From the NCBI GenBank assembly GCA_019744845.1, contig JAIETW010000001.1, positions 282,176 through 346,175 on the forward strand: a DNA stretch of 64,000 nucleotides. The letters run 5' to 3'. Position 1 is the stretch's first letter. Each line of letters opens with the position of its first letter. The notes below the pieces were generated by a model that saw only the letters and a program-made list of their open reading frames with translations, was not told the origin of the DNA and made no database searches. Source of the stretch: Patescibacteria group bacterium (GTDB taxonomy: Bacteria > Patescibacteriota > Minisyncoccia > Phycocordibacterales > Phycocordibacteraceae). Shown here piece by piece: positions 1-9,554 of the stretch. The translations under genes and the position numbers were made by a program.

Positions 1-528
1 GGAGTCAGTGGTGATTCACTCCTGCGCGTTCGTTACGCGCACACTGGGATAGAGGGACGAATCTACTTTGACTACATCACCAAAAAGGCCACCACGGGTG
101 CAGAAGTAGAGTATGCCTCTATGGTGTTGCGACGAGGCCACGACGATGAGTATGTGCTTGAGCATCGCTACGTGATTCCTGCCTACAGAAATCACAAAGG
201 TATTGGGTCACGGCTCTATCTTCAAGCAGAAGACTGGGTACGGCAGATTGCCACCCGGATCAAAAAACCAATTACCCTGCTTGCAGGAGTGAGTCAGTAC
301 GATGTGCTTACGTGGCTTACGAAACATGGCTACACGCCTGACGAAGAATCTACGGCTCTCTACCACGATGTCATGGAAAACGTAGGAGTCACTACTAAAT
401 TTAACGTAGAAAATGACGATGATGGACGTCACGCACCCTCCACTATTTATAAGGCCGGATCAGACGAAGACCCCATGCCAAATCCAGTACGTATTATTCT
501 TACGAAAATCATTCAGCCTGGCAGCTGA
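1..528 (+). CDS. GNAT-family N-acetyltransferase (5' end outside window)
   Basis: Frame 1 is open from nt 1. The motif YRNHKGIGSRL resembles the GNAT acetyl-CoA-binding R/Q-x-x-G-x-G/A motif. Confidence 0.4.
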   Translation, partial: GVSGDSLLRVRYAHTGIEGRIYFDYITKKATTGAEVEYASMVLRRGHDDEYVLEHRYVIPAYRNHKGIGSRLYLQAEDWVRQIATRIKKPITLLAGVSQYDVLTWLTKHGYTPDEESTALYHDVMENVGVTTKFNVENDDDGRHAPSTIYKAGSDEDPMPNPVRIILTKIIQPGS

Positions 529-1328
529 AACTTGCCCCTCTTCAGTTCAATCAAACCTTCCTTGGTAAGTGACACGAGCTGCGCGTGTAATTGCGCTTTT
601 CGTGTAGGGCCAAGAAGTGCCGAAAGAAACACTGCGGTGCGAGGTCCTTTCGCCAGCGACTTTAATATCGCCCCTCGCGCCTGACGACGAGATCCCTCAA
701 AGGCCTCCTGTTTTCGGTATGTCTTTGCCTGCGCATTTCTACGTACTCCTGAACGCTTTAAGAAACTTCCATAGTCCATAAGTGCGGAGTGCCACTCCCT
801 ACTCTTCCCTCGTGGCAGCGCCTTATCCAGTACTTGTAGTATCTTCGTGTCGTCTACCTTCTTGGTCTTAGGAAAGAAGTGATGTGTAACGACGGTTCTA
901 ATATTCGTTTCTATAAACACTGCATCTTTATTCTCAGAAAATGCCTGCACCGCACGTGCCGTGTATGGTCCTACTCCAGGAAGTGTTTCTAACTCTTCTG
1001 GAAACTTCCCTTTGTATGTAGTGACTACTTCCTTCGCTGCCTGATGCAACATCTTTCCGCGGCGGTTATAGCCAAGCCCCTGCCATGCACGAAGCACCTC
1101 CGCGAGGGGGGCCTTGGCGAGTACACGCACCGTCGGGAATCGCTTAAGCCATTCTTTGTAGTACGGGATTACTCGCTCCACCTGCGTCTGCTGCAGCATC
1201 ACCTCTGATACAAGAATCTTGTACGGATCTTGTGTCTTCCGCCAAGGCAGATCGTGCCGTCCATGCTTGCGGTAGTGATTCCAGACAACCGATCTAAACG
1301 CAGCGATCTTAGAGCTCGTAGATGACAT
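513..1328 (-). CDS. MutY-like HhH-GPD DNA glycosylase lacking the 4Fe-4S Cys cluster
   Basis: DLPWRKTQDPYKILVSEVMLQQTQV and a GVGPYTA helix-hairpin-helix align with MutY. The C-terminal region has no cysteines. Confidence 0.7.
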   Translation of the reverse strand: MSSTSSKIAAFRSVVWNHYRKHGRHDLPWRKTQDPYKILVSEVMLQQTQVERVIPYYKEWLKRFPTVRVLAKAPLAEVLRAWQGLGYNRRGKMLHQAAKEVVTTYKGKFPEELETLPGVGPYTARAVQAFSENKDAVFIETNIRTVVTHHFFPKTKKVDDTKILQVLDKALPRGKSREWHSALMDYGSFLKRSGVRRNAQAKTYRKQEAFEGSRRQARGAILKSLAKGPRTAVFLSALLGPTRKAQLHAQLVSLTKEGLIELKRGKFQLPG

Positions 1329-2001
1329 CTTTACGCTCCACCACTACTTTCCACATGCGCTTCTTTGCGTGCGTATACAGCTTCTGGTTTGGATTAAACG
1401 CAATCGCCTTCTCTACCATCTCAAGCATAGGAATATCACTCTCGGTGTCACCGACACCAATTGAATTCTCTAGAGTGAGATTCTCTTTTCGTACTGCACG
1501 CTGAAGCACTGCCGCCTTGTTGCGTATGACTTCTACGTCTTCCACTTTTCCGGTAAATGCGCCTGAAGGACCCGTCTCGTAGAAGAAGCCATAGATCTTA
1601 TCAAAACCAAGTTCAAACCCGAACGCATCCACGATAAAGCGTGGTGAATGTGAGATTGCAAGGAGAAAGTATCCTTCCTTTTTCAATTTCTTTACGAGAT
1701 CACGCGTGTAACGATATACACGATCTTTCTTCTCTTCAATAATCTCATTGGCCGTATCTTCCATTGCCTGATACGAGACGCCCTTGATGTGTGAGAGAAA
1801 TACCTCAATCACCTTTTCTACATACGCCTCATAGTCACCCTTACGATCAAGCCACTTCTCATGTTCTTCTTCGTATGCCGCTCTCGTCTCTGGGGGAAAT
1901 ATGCCTTTCTCTATCAAACGCTCTACAAGCTCTAGAAAGAGCGAGGCACGGAATATCGTGCCGTCTATATCAAACACTGCGACAGGACGCTTCTTCTCCA
2001 T
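1309..2001 (-). CDS. HAD-superfamily hydrolase (phosphoserine-phosphatase-like)
   Basis: FDIDGTI (DxDGT) motif I at the N-terminus and a GDTESD motif near the C-terminus. Confidence 0.7.
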   Translation of the reverse strand: MEKKRPVAVFDIDGTIFRASLFLELVERLIEKGIFPPETRAAYEEEHEKWLDRKGDYEAYVEKVIEVFLSHIKGVSYQAMEDTANEIIEEKKDRVYRYTRDLVKKLKKEGYFLLAISHSPRFIVDAFGFELGFDKIYGFFYETGPSGAFTGKVEDVEVIRNKAAVLQRAVRKENLTLENSIGVGDTESDIPMLEMVEKAIAFNPNQKLYTHAKKRMWKVVVERKDVIYEL

Positions 2002-2013
2002 GCCCCTATCCTA

Positions 2014-2670
2014 TCATTTCGCCTTGGGCCAGAGCTTCGCTGCCTTGGGCCAGAGCTTTGTAAGGGGGTGATCCTTGCAGTCATGAGGACGTGCAGGACA
2101 TACATAGCGTCCATACAAGACGAGCCCATTATTGAGGTATTTCCAGTCTTTCTTGGGCACCAGTGCCTCAAGGTCTTTTGATATCTTGGTGAGATCCGTA
2201 TTGTTTGTAAGATCAAACCGGAGCGCGAAGCGCCTTACATGCGTATCCGTTGGTATCCCCTCCCAGAGGTCATACAGCTCCCCGAGGATTACATGCGCAG
2301 TCTTGTATCCGATACCTGGAAGTGCCACCAGTTCCTGTTCAGTCTTCGGCACCTTTCCTTTATGTTTCTCTTGTATCACCTTTGCCGCAGCGGTGATGGC
2401 TTTTGCTTTGTTACGAAAGAATGAAATGGAAGAGATTTCCTTGGTAAACGTGGCGAGTGAGACAGATGCGAAGTCTTTGGGTGTTTTGTACTTCTTCCAG
2501 AGTGTGGCAGTGACCTTGTTCACCTGCTTATCCGTCGCCTGCGCAGACAGCATTACGGAGGCGACAAGCTGAAACGGTGCCTTGTACGCAAGCTCAGTTT
2601 TGGGCGCTGGATACGCTTTCTTCAAATACGCGACAATCTTCCGTGCGCGTGCCTCCCGCTCTTTATTCAT
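2014..2670 (-). CDS. Endonuclease III-like DNA glycosylase (Nth family) with only two Cys at the cluster position
   Basis: ELAYKAPFQLVASVMLSAQATDKQVN, LPGIGYKTAHVIL and DTHVRR are classical Nth motifs. Start chosen at MNKERE, directly after the upstream gene stop. The C-terminus is CPARPHDC followed by a KLWPKA repeat. Confidence 0.7.
   Translation of the reverse strand: MNKEREARARKIVAYLKKAYPAPKTELAYKAPFQLVASVMLSAQATDKQVNKVTATLWKKYKTPKDFASVSLATFTKEISSISFFRNKAKAITAAAKVIQEKHKGKVPKTEQELVALPGIGYKTAHVILGELYDLWEGIPTDTHVRRFALRFDLTNNTDLTKISKDLEALVPKKDWKYLNNGLVLYGRYVCPARPHDCKDHPLTKLWPKAAKLWPKAK
2021..2061. repeat. Two tandem copies of a 21-bp repeat (gccttgggccagagcttygc) at the 3' end of the nth-like gene
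   Basis: Direct tandem duplication seen in the sequence. It encodes the duplicated KLWPKAA heptad at the protein C-terminus. Confidence 0.6.
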
Positions 2671-2671
2671 G

Positions 2672-3814
2672 CTACGCAAGCAAATCTTCGTCTCTCGCAA
2701 ACGCAAACTTGTAGCAAGTGACGACAATCGCTCCTGCTGCGGCAGCGGTAAGCACCACAGACACCAAGAATCCAATCACCGGAATAACTCCTACCAAACG
2801 AAGCACCACCATGCCGAGTACCGCATGCTTCCACGTCACCACCGTGTGCTTAAACGTACGCATGAGGGCTGCACCGGCGAGCACGCCCGCATAGAGGTAT
2901 GCGAGAAGAAGGAGAAGGACATATGCAGCACCTATCACCAGCCCTATGCCAATACCCGCAAAAGAGATCATGAGAATAAATACCAACACCGGAGTTGCGA
3001 TCATTACCGCAAATCCAATGAGCGCGAGAAGTGAGAAACGACCGACGGACTGTGTAAGCGTACGGTCCACTATTCTTTGAGTAAAGACTGGGAAGAGTCC
3101 CGCCATAAGGCCAGAGGCAACCACGGCAGAAATAAGTCGTACGATGAAGAACACGCCGAGGCCTGCGAGCGCAAAGGTTTCTGCCTCTTCGGTGGTTGGA
3201 AGGAACGCAGAAGATCCTGTGTAGGCAACACTACCAACGGTCGCAGATGCAGGTATGTATGCCTCCTGTGGTGCGTTGTACTTAAGAGCGCCGGTGACGA
3301 CCGTTCCCTCTCCAAGTGCGAGACGGTCTGAGGCGACCACCGTCACGTCTCCTGCGTAGTTTCCTGAAAGTGTAACGGATGCTCCATAAATGATCACTGA
3401 TCCTGTCGCACCTTCGGTGATGGTGACCGTGCCTCCTGCGATTCTAATATCCCGCGCAATACCGGTGACAGTGATGGAGCCGCCGGCCGCAATCAAGTCC
3501 CCTGCGACCTCCTGTTCAATAAAGACTCTTCCTCCTGCGACACGAAGATCACCACCAATGGATTCACGAACATTCACATCTCCTCCGAGCAAGAGTGCAT
3601 CCCCTTCTACCGGAGCAGCAAGCACGAGTGTGCCGCCGAGTGCGGCAATGTCTTGAGGCACGGTCGTTGCCACCCGTACTTCTGACCCAAAGAGATAGGC
3701 ATTGTCGGAAGGTGGCTCCGCGACAATAAGTGCCTCATCCCCCGCAAAGGTACTCGCAAAGCTTGTGAATGGAAGGAGGAGTAGGAGGCTTATAACCAGT
3801 GCATTTCGTCGCAT
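2672..3814 (-). CDS. Membrane protein with N-terminal Gly-rich beta-helix-like repeats and C-terminal TM domain
   Basis: Signal peptide MRRNALVISLLLLLPFTSFA. Repeats such as GGDLRVAGGRV, AGGSITVTG and IAGGTVTITEG, then 4-5 hydrophobic helices. Start chosen to avoid overlap with the VKOR gene. Confidence 0.5.
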   Translation of the reverse strand: MRRNALVISLLLLLPFTSFASTFAGDEALIVAEPPSDNAYLFGSEVRVATTVPQDIAALGGTLVLAAPVEGDALLLGGDVNVRESIGGDLRVAGGRVFIEQEVAGDLIAAGGSITVTGIARDIRIAGGTVTITEGATGSVIIYGASVTLSGNYAGDVTVVASDRLALGEGTVVTGALKYNAPQEAYIPASATVGSVAYTGSSAFLPTTEEAETFALAGLGVFFIVRLISAVVASGLMAGLFPVFTQRIVDRTLTQSVGRFSLLALIGFAVMIATPVLVFILMISFAGIGIGLVIGAAYVLLLLLAYLYAGVLAGAALMRTFKHTVVTWKHAVLGMVVLRLVGVIPVIGFLVSVVLTAAAAGAIVVTCYKFAFARDEDLLA

Positions 3815-3819
3815 ACAAA

Positions 3820-4287
3820 TTATGGTAGCACAGCTGGTGGAAGTGGGAGAAGGCGCTTCCGATATGCAACTACGAGACCGGCAAGTATGAATGAAACCAC
3901 CGCAGACGCGAGACAATAAATACAGATTGCCTTAATCACGAATACTTGTAGGAAAAGGAAGTAGGCGGACGCAAGTGCTCCTACCACTGACGCAGCTGCT
4001 AGTCCCTTCACCGCAAGGCGAGATGAGCGAGAAAGGAGGTACACCGAAAGAAGGAGAATGACTGCATAGAAGCCAAGCCCATAGACCGCAAGCGGAATAC
4101 CGAGGAGCTTAGAATACGGGCTTGCTGCCACGGTGTTGCACTTATCAAGGCCTTCAATATCACAGACAAGAGGATCTGCAGTAAGAGCGCTATGAGCAAG
4201 ATAGGCTGAATCTGCGAAACCAATGAGAGTGAGAACGATTAGTATAGAAAGGAGAGCCTGGCGGGTCATATGTCCGCTATAGTACAC
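3820..4287 (-). CDS. Vitamin K epoxide reductase (VKOR) family thiol oxidoreductase
   Basis: Polytopic membrane protein with a loop Cys pair (CDIEGLDKC) and a CxxC in the last TM (CIYC), as in VKOR/DsbB-like proteins. Confidence 0.6.
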   Translation of the reverse strand: MYYSGHMTRQALLSILIVLTLIGFADSAYLAHSALTADPLVCDIEGLDKCNTVAASPYSKLLGIPLAVYGLGFYAVILLLSVYLLSRSSRLAVKGLAAASVVGALASAYFLFLQVFVIKAICIYCLASAVVSFILAGLVVAYRKRLLPLPPAVLP

Positions 4288-4294
4288 TATTCGT

Positions 4295-4690
4295 ATGAAC
4301 CCTGATGTTGAGAGCGAGAAGTGGCGAGAGAAGCTTACTGATGAGGAATATCGTGTTCTGCGGGAACAAGGGACCGAGGCACCTTTCTCAGGTGAATTCG
4401 TGAATCATCACGAAAGCGGTATGTATCGCTGCAAGGCCTGTGGTACCGAACTCTTTTCTTCAGACGCGAAGTTTGACTCGGGTACAGGCTGGCCGTCATT
4501 CACCGATCCTGCAGTCGCAGAGAATGTCGGCACCCGCCCTGATGACTCCTACGGCATGCATCGCACCGAAGTGTATTGTAAGAAATGTGGAGGACACCTT
4601 GGTCACGTATTTAATGATGGTCCTGCAGAACAAGGTGGAAAACGATACTGCATTAACTCAGTGTGTCTTGAGTTTGAGAAGCAAGACTAA
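4295..4690 (+). CDS. msrB: Peptide methionine-R-sulfoxide reductase MsrB
   Basis: RCKACGTELF...GWPSF...CKKCGGHLGHVF..RYCINS. Both zinc CxxC pairs and the catalytic Cys are present. Confidence 0.9.
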   Translation: MNPDVESEKWREKLTDEEYRVLREQGTEAPFSGEFVNHHESGMYRCKACGTELFSSDAKFDSGTGWPSFTDPAVAENVGTRPDDSYGMHRTEVYCKKCGGHLGHVFNDGPAEQGGKRYCINSVCLEFEKQD

Positions 4691-5154
4691 ATGTGACAAA
4701 CCGCGTTCGGGTGCTTTTCAAAATACCTCTGGTGATATTCCTCTGCTTTGTAGAACGGAGTGACAGCAGTAATTTCAGTCGCAATCGTCTTCGGATGGAA
4801 TGAGGGCTGAAGTTCTTTTTTCAATTGCTCAGCGATCTCTTTCTGTTCTTCATTGAGATAAAAGATACCTGAACGATACTGGCTTCCTACATCCGGTCCC
4901 TGACGATTGAGCTGCGTAGGATCGTGCACTGCAAAAAACTTTCGTACAAGCGCTTCATACGTAACCTGTGCTGGATCAAACGTCACGCGCACTGCTTCTG
5001 CATGCCCCGTTTTGTCAGTACACACCTGCTCGTACGTAGGATTCTCCGTATGTCCACCAATGTAGCCTGACTCTGCATCAGTCACTCCAGGAACCTGGAG
5101 AAACGCGTACTCCACGCCCCAGAAGCATCCCGCTGCAAATATTGCTTGATTCAT
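4687..5154 (-). CDS. msrA: Peptide methionine-S-sulfoxide reductase MsrA
   Basis: GCFWG active-site motif directly after MNQAIFAA. Stop codon overlaps the msrB stop (convergent). Start could also be at 5178. Confidence 0.9.
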   Translation of the reverse strand: MNQAIFAAGCFWGVEYAFLQVPGVTDAESGYIGGHTENPTYEQVCTDKTGHAEAVRVTFDPAQVTYEALVRKFFAVHDPTQLNRQGPDVGSQYRSGIFYLNEEQKEIAEQLKKELQPSFHPKTIATEITAVTPFYKAEEYHQRYFEKHPNAVCHI

Positions 5155-5216
5155 GTGGTTAGTATACAGAACACTCATCTAATCGCGATTTTCTCAACAC
5201 TGAATCAAAATGCAGT

Positions 5217-5639
5217 CTAGGACGCGAACCTGTTCGTTCCTCCCCTCTCCCGCTCGTTAATCGGGTGCTCATCTAGGCCAAAGTAGTGCCCCACCTCATG
5301 CCATATAGTCTCTCGTATAACCTGACGCACATACTCCCGAAACTGACTGGTATGGTCGTCAGTAAGTTCCTCAGCCTCTGCAAGGATAGGGAGACGAAAA
5401 AGCGTAATAGTGTCAGGGAGCGTACCGCCCACCCCATACTCACTCCCCCGCTCCGTATTCGGAACGCCGTGATACACCCCAAGTAGGGTCTCTCCCTCTT
5501 GTAACCCTTCTTCTGTACGAAGTGCTGCGCTCGGCTCATCCTCAATCAAAAGCGCGACATTCTGTACGAGTGCCGCAAATCGTTCAGGCACCGATTGCCA
5601 CTCAGAGAGTGCGATTGCCTCAAATTCATCCTGTTCCAT
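5217..5639 (-). CDS. Zincin-like metallopeptidase family protein (COG3824/DUF1025-like)
   Basis: HEVGHYFGL (HExxH) near the C-terminus. Small acidic protein. Confidence 0.5.
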   Translation of the reverse strand: MEQDEFEAIALSEWQSVPERFAALVQNVALLIEDEPSAALRTEEGLQEGETLLGVYHGVPNTERGSEYGVGGTLPDTITLFRLPILAEAEELTDDHTSQFREYVRQVIRETIWHEVGHYFGLDEHPINERERGGTNRFAS

Positions 5640-5662
5640 AGTTGAGATAGTATACTAGCGCG

Positions 5663-6298
5663 ATGGATATTCCCTTCCTCCACGTCACCCTTCCCGAACT
5701 CATACAGATGGTCGGGTATGTGGGCGTATTTGTGATCGTTTTCATAGAGTCCGGCGTACCGATTGGCATCGTCCTCCCACTTCCAGGAGACACCCTTCTC
5801 TTCTCCGCAGGTATCCTCGCCGCCACTCAAGCGTTTGAACTCGTACCCCTTATCGCCACTATTGTCGTCGCCGCAATACTTGGCGACAGTGCAGGCTACT
5901 GGTTTGGCTCACACTACGGCCCAAAGCTTTTTACGAAAGATAATGCGCTCATTCTTAACAAACGATATCTAGAAAAGACTGAGAAGTTCTATCAAAAGTA
6001 CGGACGCATGGCGCTCATTGTCGCGCGGTTCCTTCCCGTCTTCCGTACACTCGTGCCGATCATGGCTGGCATGGGCAGCATGAAGTACCGCACCTTCCTC
6101 GCCTTCAATATTGCCGGGGCCCTTATCTGGGGTATCTCTCTTACCATGCTCGGCTATTTCCTCGGGAACATGATCCCGAACATTGATACCTACGTGCTTC
6201 CTGTCCTTATCCTTGTGATCATCATCACTACTTTTTCTGGCTTCCGCGAAGTCTGGAAGGCGCGGAAAGAAATGCAGAATGAAAAAACCGCCCCCTAG
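5663..6298 (+). CDS. DedA family membrane protein
   Basis: GDTLLF motif, polytopic, VARFLPVFRT. Typical DedA/SNARE-associated layout. Confidence 0.8.
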   Translation: MDIPFLHVTLPELIQMVGYVGVFVIVFIESGVPIGIVLPLPGDTLLFSAGILAATQAFELVPLIATIVVAAILGDSAGYWFGSHYGPKLFTKDNALILNKRYLEKTEKFYQKYGRMALIVARFLPVFRTLVPIMAGMGSMKYRTFLAFNIAGALIWGISLTMLGYFLGNMIPNIDTYVLPVLILVIIITTFSGFREVWKARKEMQNEKTAP

Positions 6299-6326
6299 TG
6301 GAGCGGTTTTTCGTTGAGGAGAAGGA

Positions 6327-7019
6327 TTAGAGCTCAGCCTCCACGAGTGGCTTTACCACTGTGTATGGCTGCGCGCCGGCAACAAGACTGGTGCCAATGA
6401 TAGAACCTGGCGTACCGTTGATACCGAAGGTAGCGCCTTCGTCACGACTTGCACTGATAATGGTCGTGTACTCTCCTCCCTTCTCAGTGATGAGAGTAGC
6501 AACACGTGCCGTATCAATACCAAGTCCTGCGGCAGTTGCATCAAGCGCGGCACGAGAAAGAGTGTTCTCTCCTTCACCGGTCATGACCGCGTCAAACCAG
6601 GTGCCCCACTTATCAGGAGCTGCCTCCCATACGGCGTGTGAGTAGATAGCAGTATCAAGAGATGCCTGACCAAGGAACTGGAAGTCCTTGTAGACAATCT
6701 TCACTTTTCCACTGTCAACGAACTCTGCCTTAAGATCCTTAAGAGTGGTTGACTCAAAGCGCTTACAGAAGCTGCACTGGTAATCAAACCACACTGCAAC
6801 AGTCACTGGAGCGTCCTCATCTCCGATGAATGGAGTTCCTTCCGTCTTCACATCCTTGATATCAACTGCCGCAGCAGGAGCTCCCGCCTCATCCCCTGTC
6901 TTCGGTGCTGAAGGATTACCAAAGTAAATTGCCCCTGCAATGATGATGAGACCGAGAAGGAGCGCGACTGCAGTGCCGTTCTTCTCAATGAAGGTCCCTC
7001 CGTTCGTAGAATCTGCCAT
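6327..7019 (-). CDS. DsbA-like thiol:disulfide oxidoreductase (membrane-anchored)
   Basis: N-terminal TM anchor, then a thioredoxin fold with WFDYQCSFCKRF (CxxC). Confidence 0.7.
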   Translation of the reverse strand: MADSTNGGTFIEKNGTAVALLLGLIIIAGAIYFGNPSAPKTGDEAGAPAAAVDIKDVKTEGTPFIGDEDAPVTVAVWFDYQCSFCKRFESTTLKDLKAEFVDSGKVKIVYKDFQFLGQASLDTAIYSHAVWEAAPDKWGTWFDAVMTGEGENTLSRAALDATAAGLGIDTARVATLITEKGGEYTTIISASRDEGATFGINGTPGSIIGTSLVAGAQPYTVVKPLVEAEL

Positions 7020-7093
7020 AGATAAAAGTTATGCCAAAAAACCTGATATGCCACATAGCATACCAGGCTTCGGCATCCTGCCAAGTACGGGGA

Positions 7094-8483
7094 TTATGAG
7101 ACGAAGGTAAGGGCTTTCCCGACCTTCCCGGCACGGCCTGTACGGCCAATGCGGTGGGTGTAGTCCTCGTAGGACTGCGGAAGGTCATAGTTAATGACGT
7201 GGGACACGCCACTAATATCAAGACCACGCGCAGCCACATCAGTCGCCACAAGCACCTTCACATGATCACGCTTGAAGAGTGCGAGAGCCTGCTGGCGCTT
7301 GCCGTGCGTCTTATCGCCGTGAATAGATTCAGCCGCGATGCCACTACGAACAAGGTCACGTGCAAGACGCTCCACCCCGTGCTTCGTACGTCCGAAGACA
7401 AGCACCTTGTCAAAGGCAGGATCAGACAGAAGCTCTACCAACCGCTCAAACTTCTGTGACGGAGAGACACGGATCACATCCTGATCAATCGTTGCCGCCG
7501 TATCACGCGTCTTCACGGATACGTGTACTGGATCGTTAAGGAAGTCACCAATCAAGCGCTCAATATCACGGCTCATCGTTGCAGAGAAGAAGAGCGTGTG
7601 ACGATTCTTCGGCATGTGGCTCAAGATAAAGCGCATGTCATCAATGAAACCCATATCAAGCATGCGGTCTGCTTCATCAAGTACCACGGTCTGGAATGCA
7701 GAAAGATTAAGCTTCTTGCGGTCCATAAGGTCCTTCAAGCGTCCTGGCGTACCAATGACGAAGGCAGGGTCACGAGACAGTGCACGAATCTGCGGCACAA
7801 TGTTTGCGCCGCCGACACAGGTCACTGACGCAAGGCGAAGCATCTTCGCAAAGCCCCAGAACTCGTTCTCAATCTGAAGTGCAAGCTCACGCGTCGGCAC
7901 CATCACGAGAATACGATTCTCACGATTGGCGATTACCTTCTCAATAAGTGGAATGAGAAAGGCGCCCGTCTTTCCAGTACCCGTGTTTGCAAGTCCGACC
8001 ACGTCACGACCCATAAGGATGTGCGGAATAGCCTGATCCTGAATCGGCGTTGGAGTGGTGTAGCCTTTACCAATAATGTTGTCTTTAAGCTGCTCGCTGA
8101 TCGGAAGATCAATGAATGCAGTCTGAGGAACGTAGGCAACGACGTCTTCCTGAGGAGTGGCTTTGTTAATAAGCTTTGACATATCAAAGCTTGGTTCGGA
8201 GCGACCACGGCGAGAGCCACCACGGCTTCCACCACGAGGACCTCCACGTGAGGGACCTCCTGGACCACGACGGTTTCCCCCTCCGCCTCGGTATGAGGAA
8301 GAAGAGTGTTCTTTAAGGTCATAGCTAGACGCAGTGACTGGAGGCTTCCAGCCTTCCTGTGCAAAACGCATACCTGCTTCAAACGCAGGCGTGCGTACAG
8401 GACCACGGCGATGAGCGCCTGGACGTCCTCCTACCTTGGGGCGGTGACGTGCACCTCCCTTATTATCTGAATTTTTGTTCATA
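7094..8483 (-). CDS. DEAD-box ATP-dependent RNA helicase with N-terminal RGG/Gly-Arg-rich low-complexity region
   Basis: AxTGTGKT, DEAD (VLDEADRMLD), SAT and HRIGRTGR motifs. Start set at MNKNSDNKGG. The first ~110 aa are RGG/GPRGG-rich. Confidence 0.85.
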
Positions 8484-8649
8484 GAATTATGTGAGCGAAC
8501 TCGCGAATAATCGCGATACGTGAATATGGGCTCAAATGGACCGAGCGAGGTCGCAACGTCTCGAGAGTTCCGGGACCGTTCTTTTCTTCTCCCCCGGGTC
8601 TTGAGAACTCTCAAGACGAAAACTGGAGTAACGTTGTAGACGTATTATA

Positions 8650-9552
8650 TCACGTTTGTGGAGCTGACACAAGCGGAAGCCGTGCAACCGCGTACATAGA
8701 GGCTAGAAGAACCACTGCTGCAAGATACTGTCCCCCGGTGAGCGCCGTGCCGTAGAGGAAGTAATCAATCGCAATCGCGGTAAGCGGGAAGGCGAGCTCC
8801 ACAATCGTTGCGGTACTGGCAGGAGTAGAGCGAAGGCCGCGGTAGTAGATCCAAAGCGCGAGCATGCCAGTAGAGACTGCGATAAGCGCAAGTACCCCGA
8901 GTTGTGAGAGGGTGACTGCGGTTAGTGAAGGAGCGGCCCCAAGTGCTCCTACGAAGACAAGTGCAATTGGTACGGTAATAAGAAAACGAAGTCCGGTGAC
9001 GAAGGTATTGTCATGTTTTAACAACAGCGAACGGGAGAATGCAGTAGAAGAGCCCCAAGAGATAGCGGCGAGAAGCGCAAGTCCCGCAGCCATGAGATGC
9101 CCTCCCCCATCAGAGAGATTCACCACTCCTCCCGGGAAGGTCACGAAGTATCCGGCAATGAGCGCGATACCAGCAAGAAGTACATACTTCATACTCACCC
9201 GCTCTTTAAGCACTACAGCAGCGGTCGCAACGGTAAACACCGGCTGAAGCTTTTGAATGAGAAACACCACAGAAAATGGAATGAACGAAACCGCAAGAAG
9301 TGCACTCGTGAAGAAGAGGGTGCCGAGGACACCAGACAATAGCGCAACCAAGAAGATCACTCCCCACTCTTTCTTGGTAAGTACTTCTTTCTTCCAGGCC
9401 TTGAGGAGGAATGGAGAAATGAGTACGAGTCCAATCAAGTGCTCATAAAAGACAATGGTCGTCGGTGGAAGATCATAGAGCGTACGACGAAGCACTCCAT
9501 CAATGCCCCAGAGCACTGCGGCGACAAAGACAAGGAGTGGACCAATATTCAT
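8650..9552 (-). CDS. EamA/DMT-superfamily transporter
   Basis: About 10 TM helices in two similar halves, typical of EamA-domain permeases. Confidence 0.65.
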   Translation of the reverse strand: MNIGPLLVFVAAVLWGIDGVLRRTLYDLPPTTIVFYEHLIGLVLISPFLLKAWKKEVLTKKEWGVIFLVALLSGVLGTLFFTSALLAVSFIPFSVVFLIQKLQPVFTVATAAVVLKERVSMKYVLLAGIALIAGYFVTFPGGVVNLSDGGGHLMAAGLALLAAISWGSSTAFSRSLLLKHDNTFVTGLRFLITVPIALVFVGALGAAPSLTAVTLSQLGVLALIAVSTGMLALWIYYRGLRSTPASTATIVELAFPLTAIAIDYFLYGTALTGGQYLAAVVLLASMYAVARLPLVSAPQT

Positions 9553-9554
9553 GG

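Noticed and set aside
8484-8614. Extension of the DEAD-box ORF to MRVLKTRGRR...
   Set aside because: The extension is Arg/Ser-rich junk preceding a plausible start at MNKNSDNKGG; the upstream region is better read as a leader containing a hairpin.
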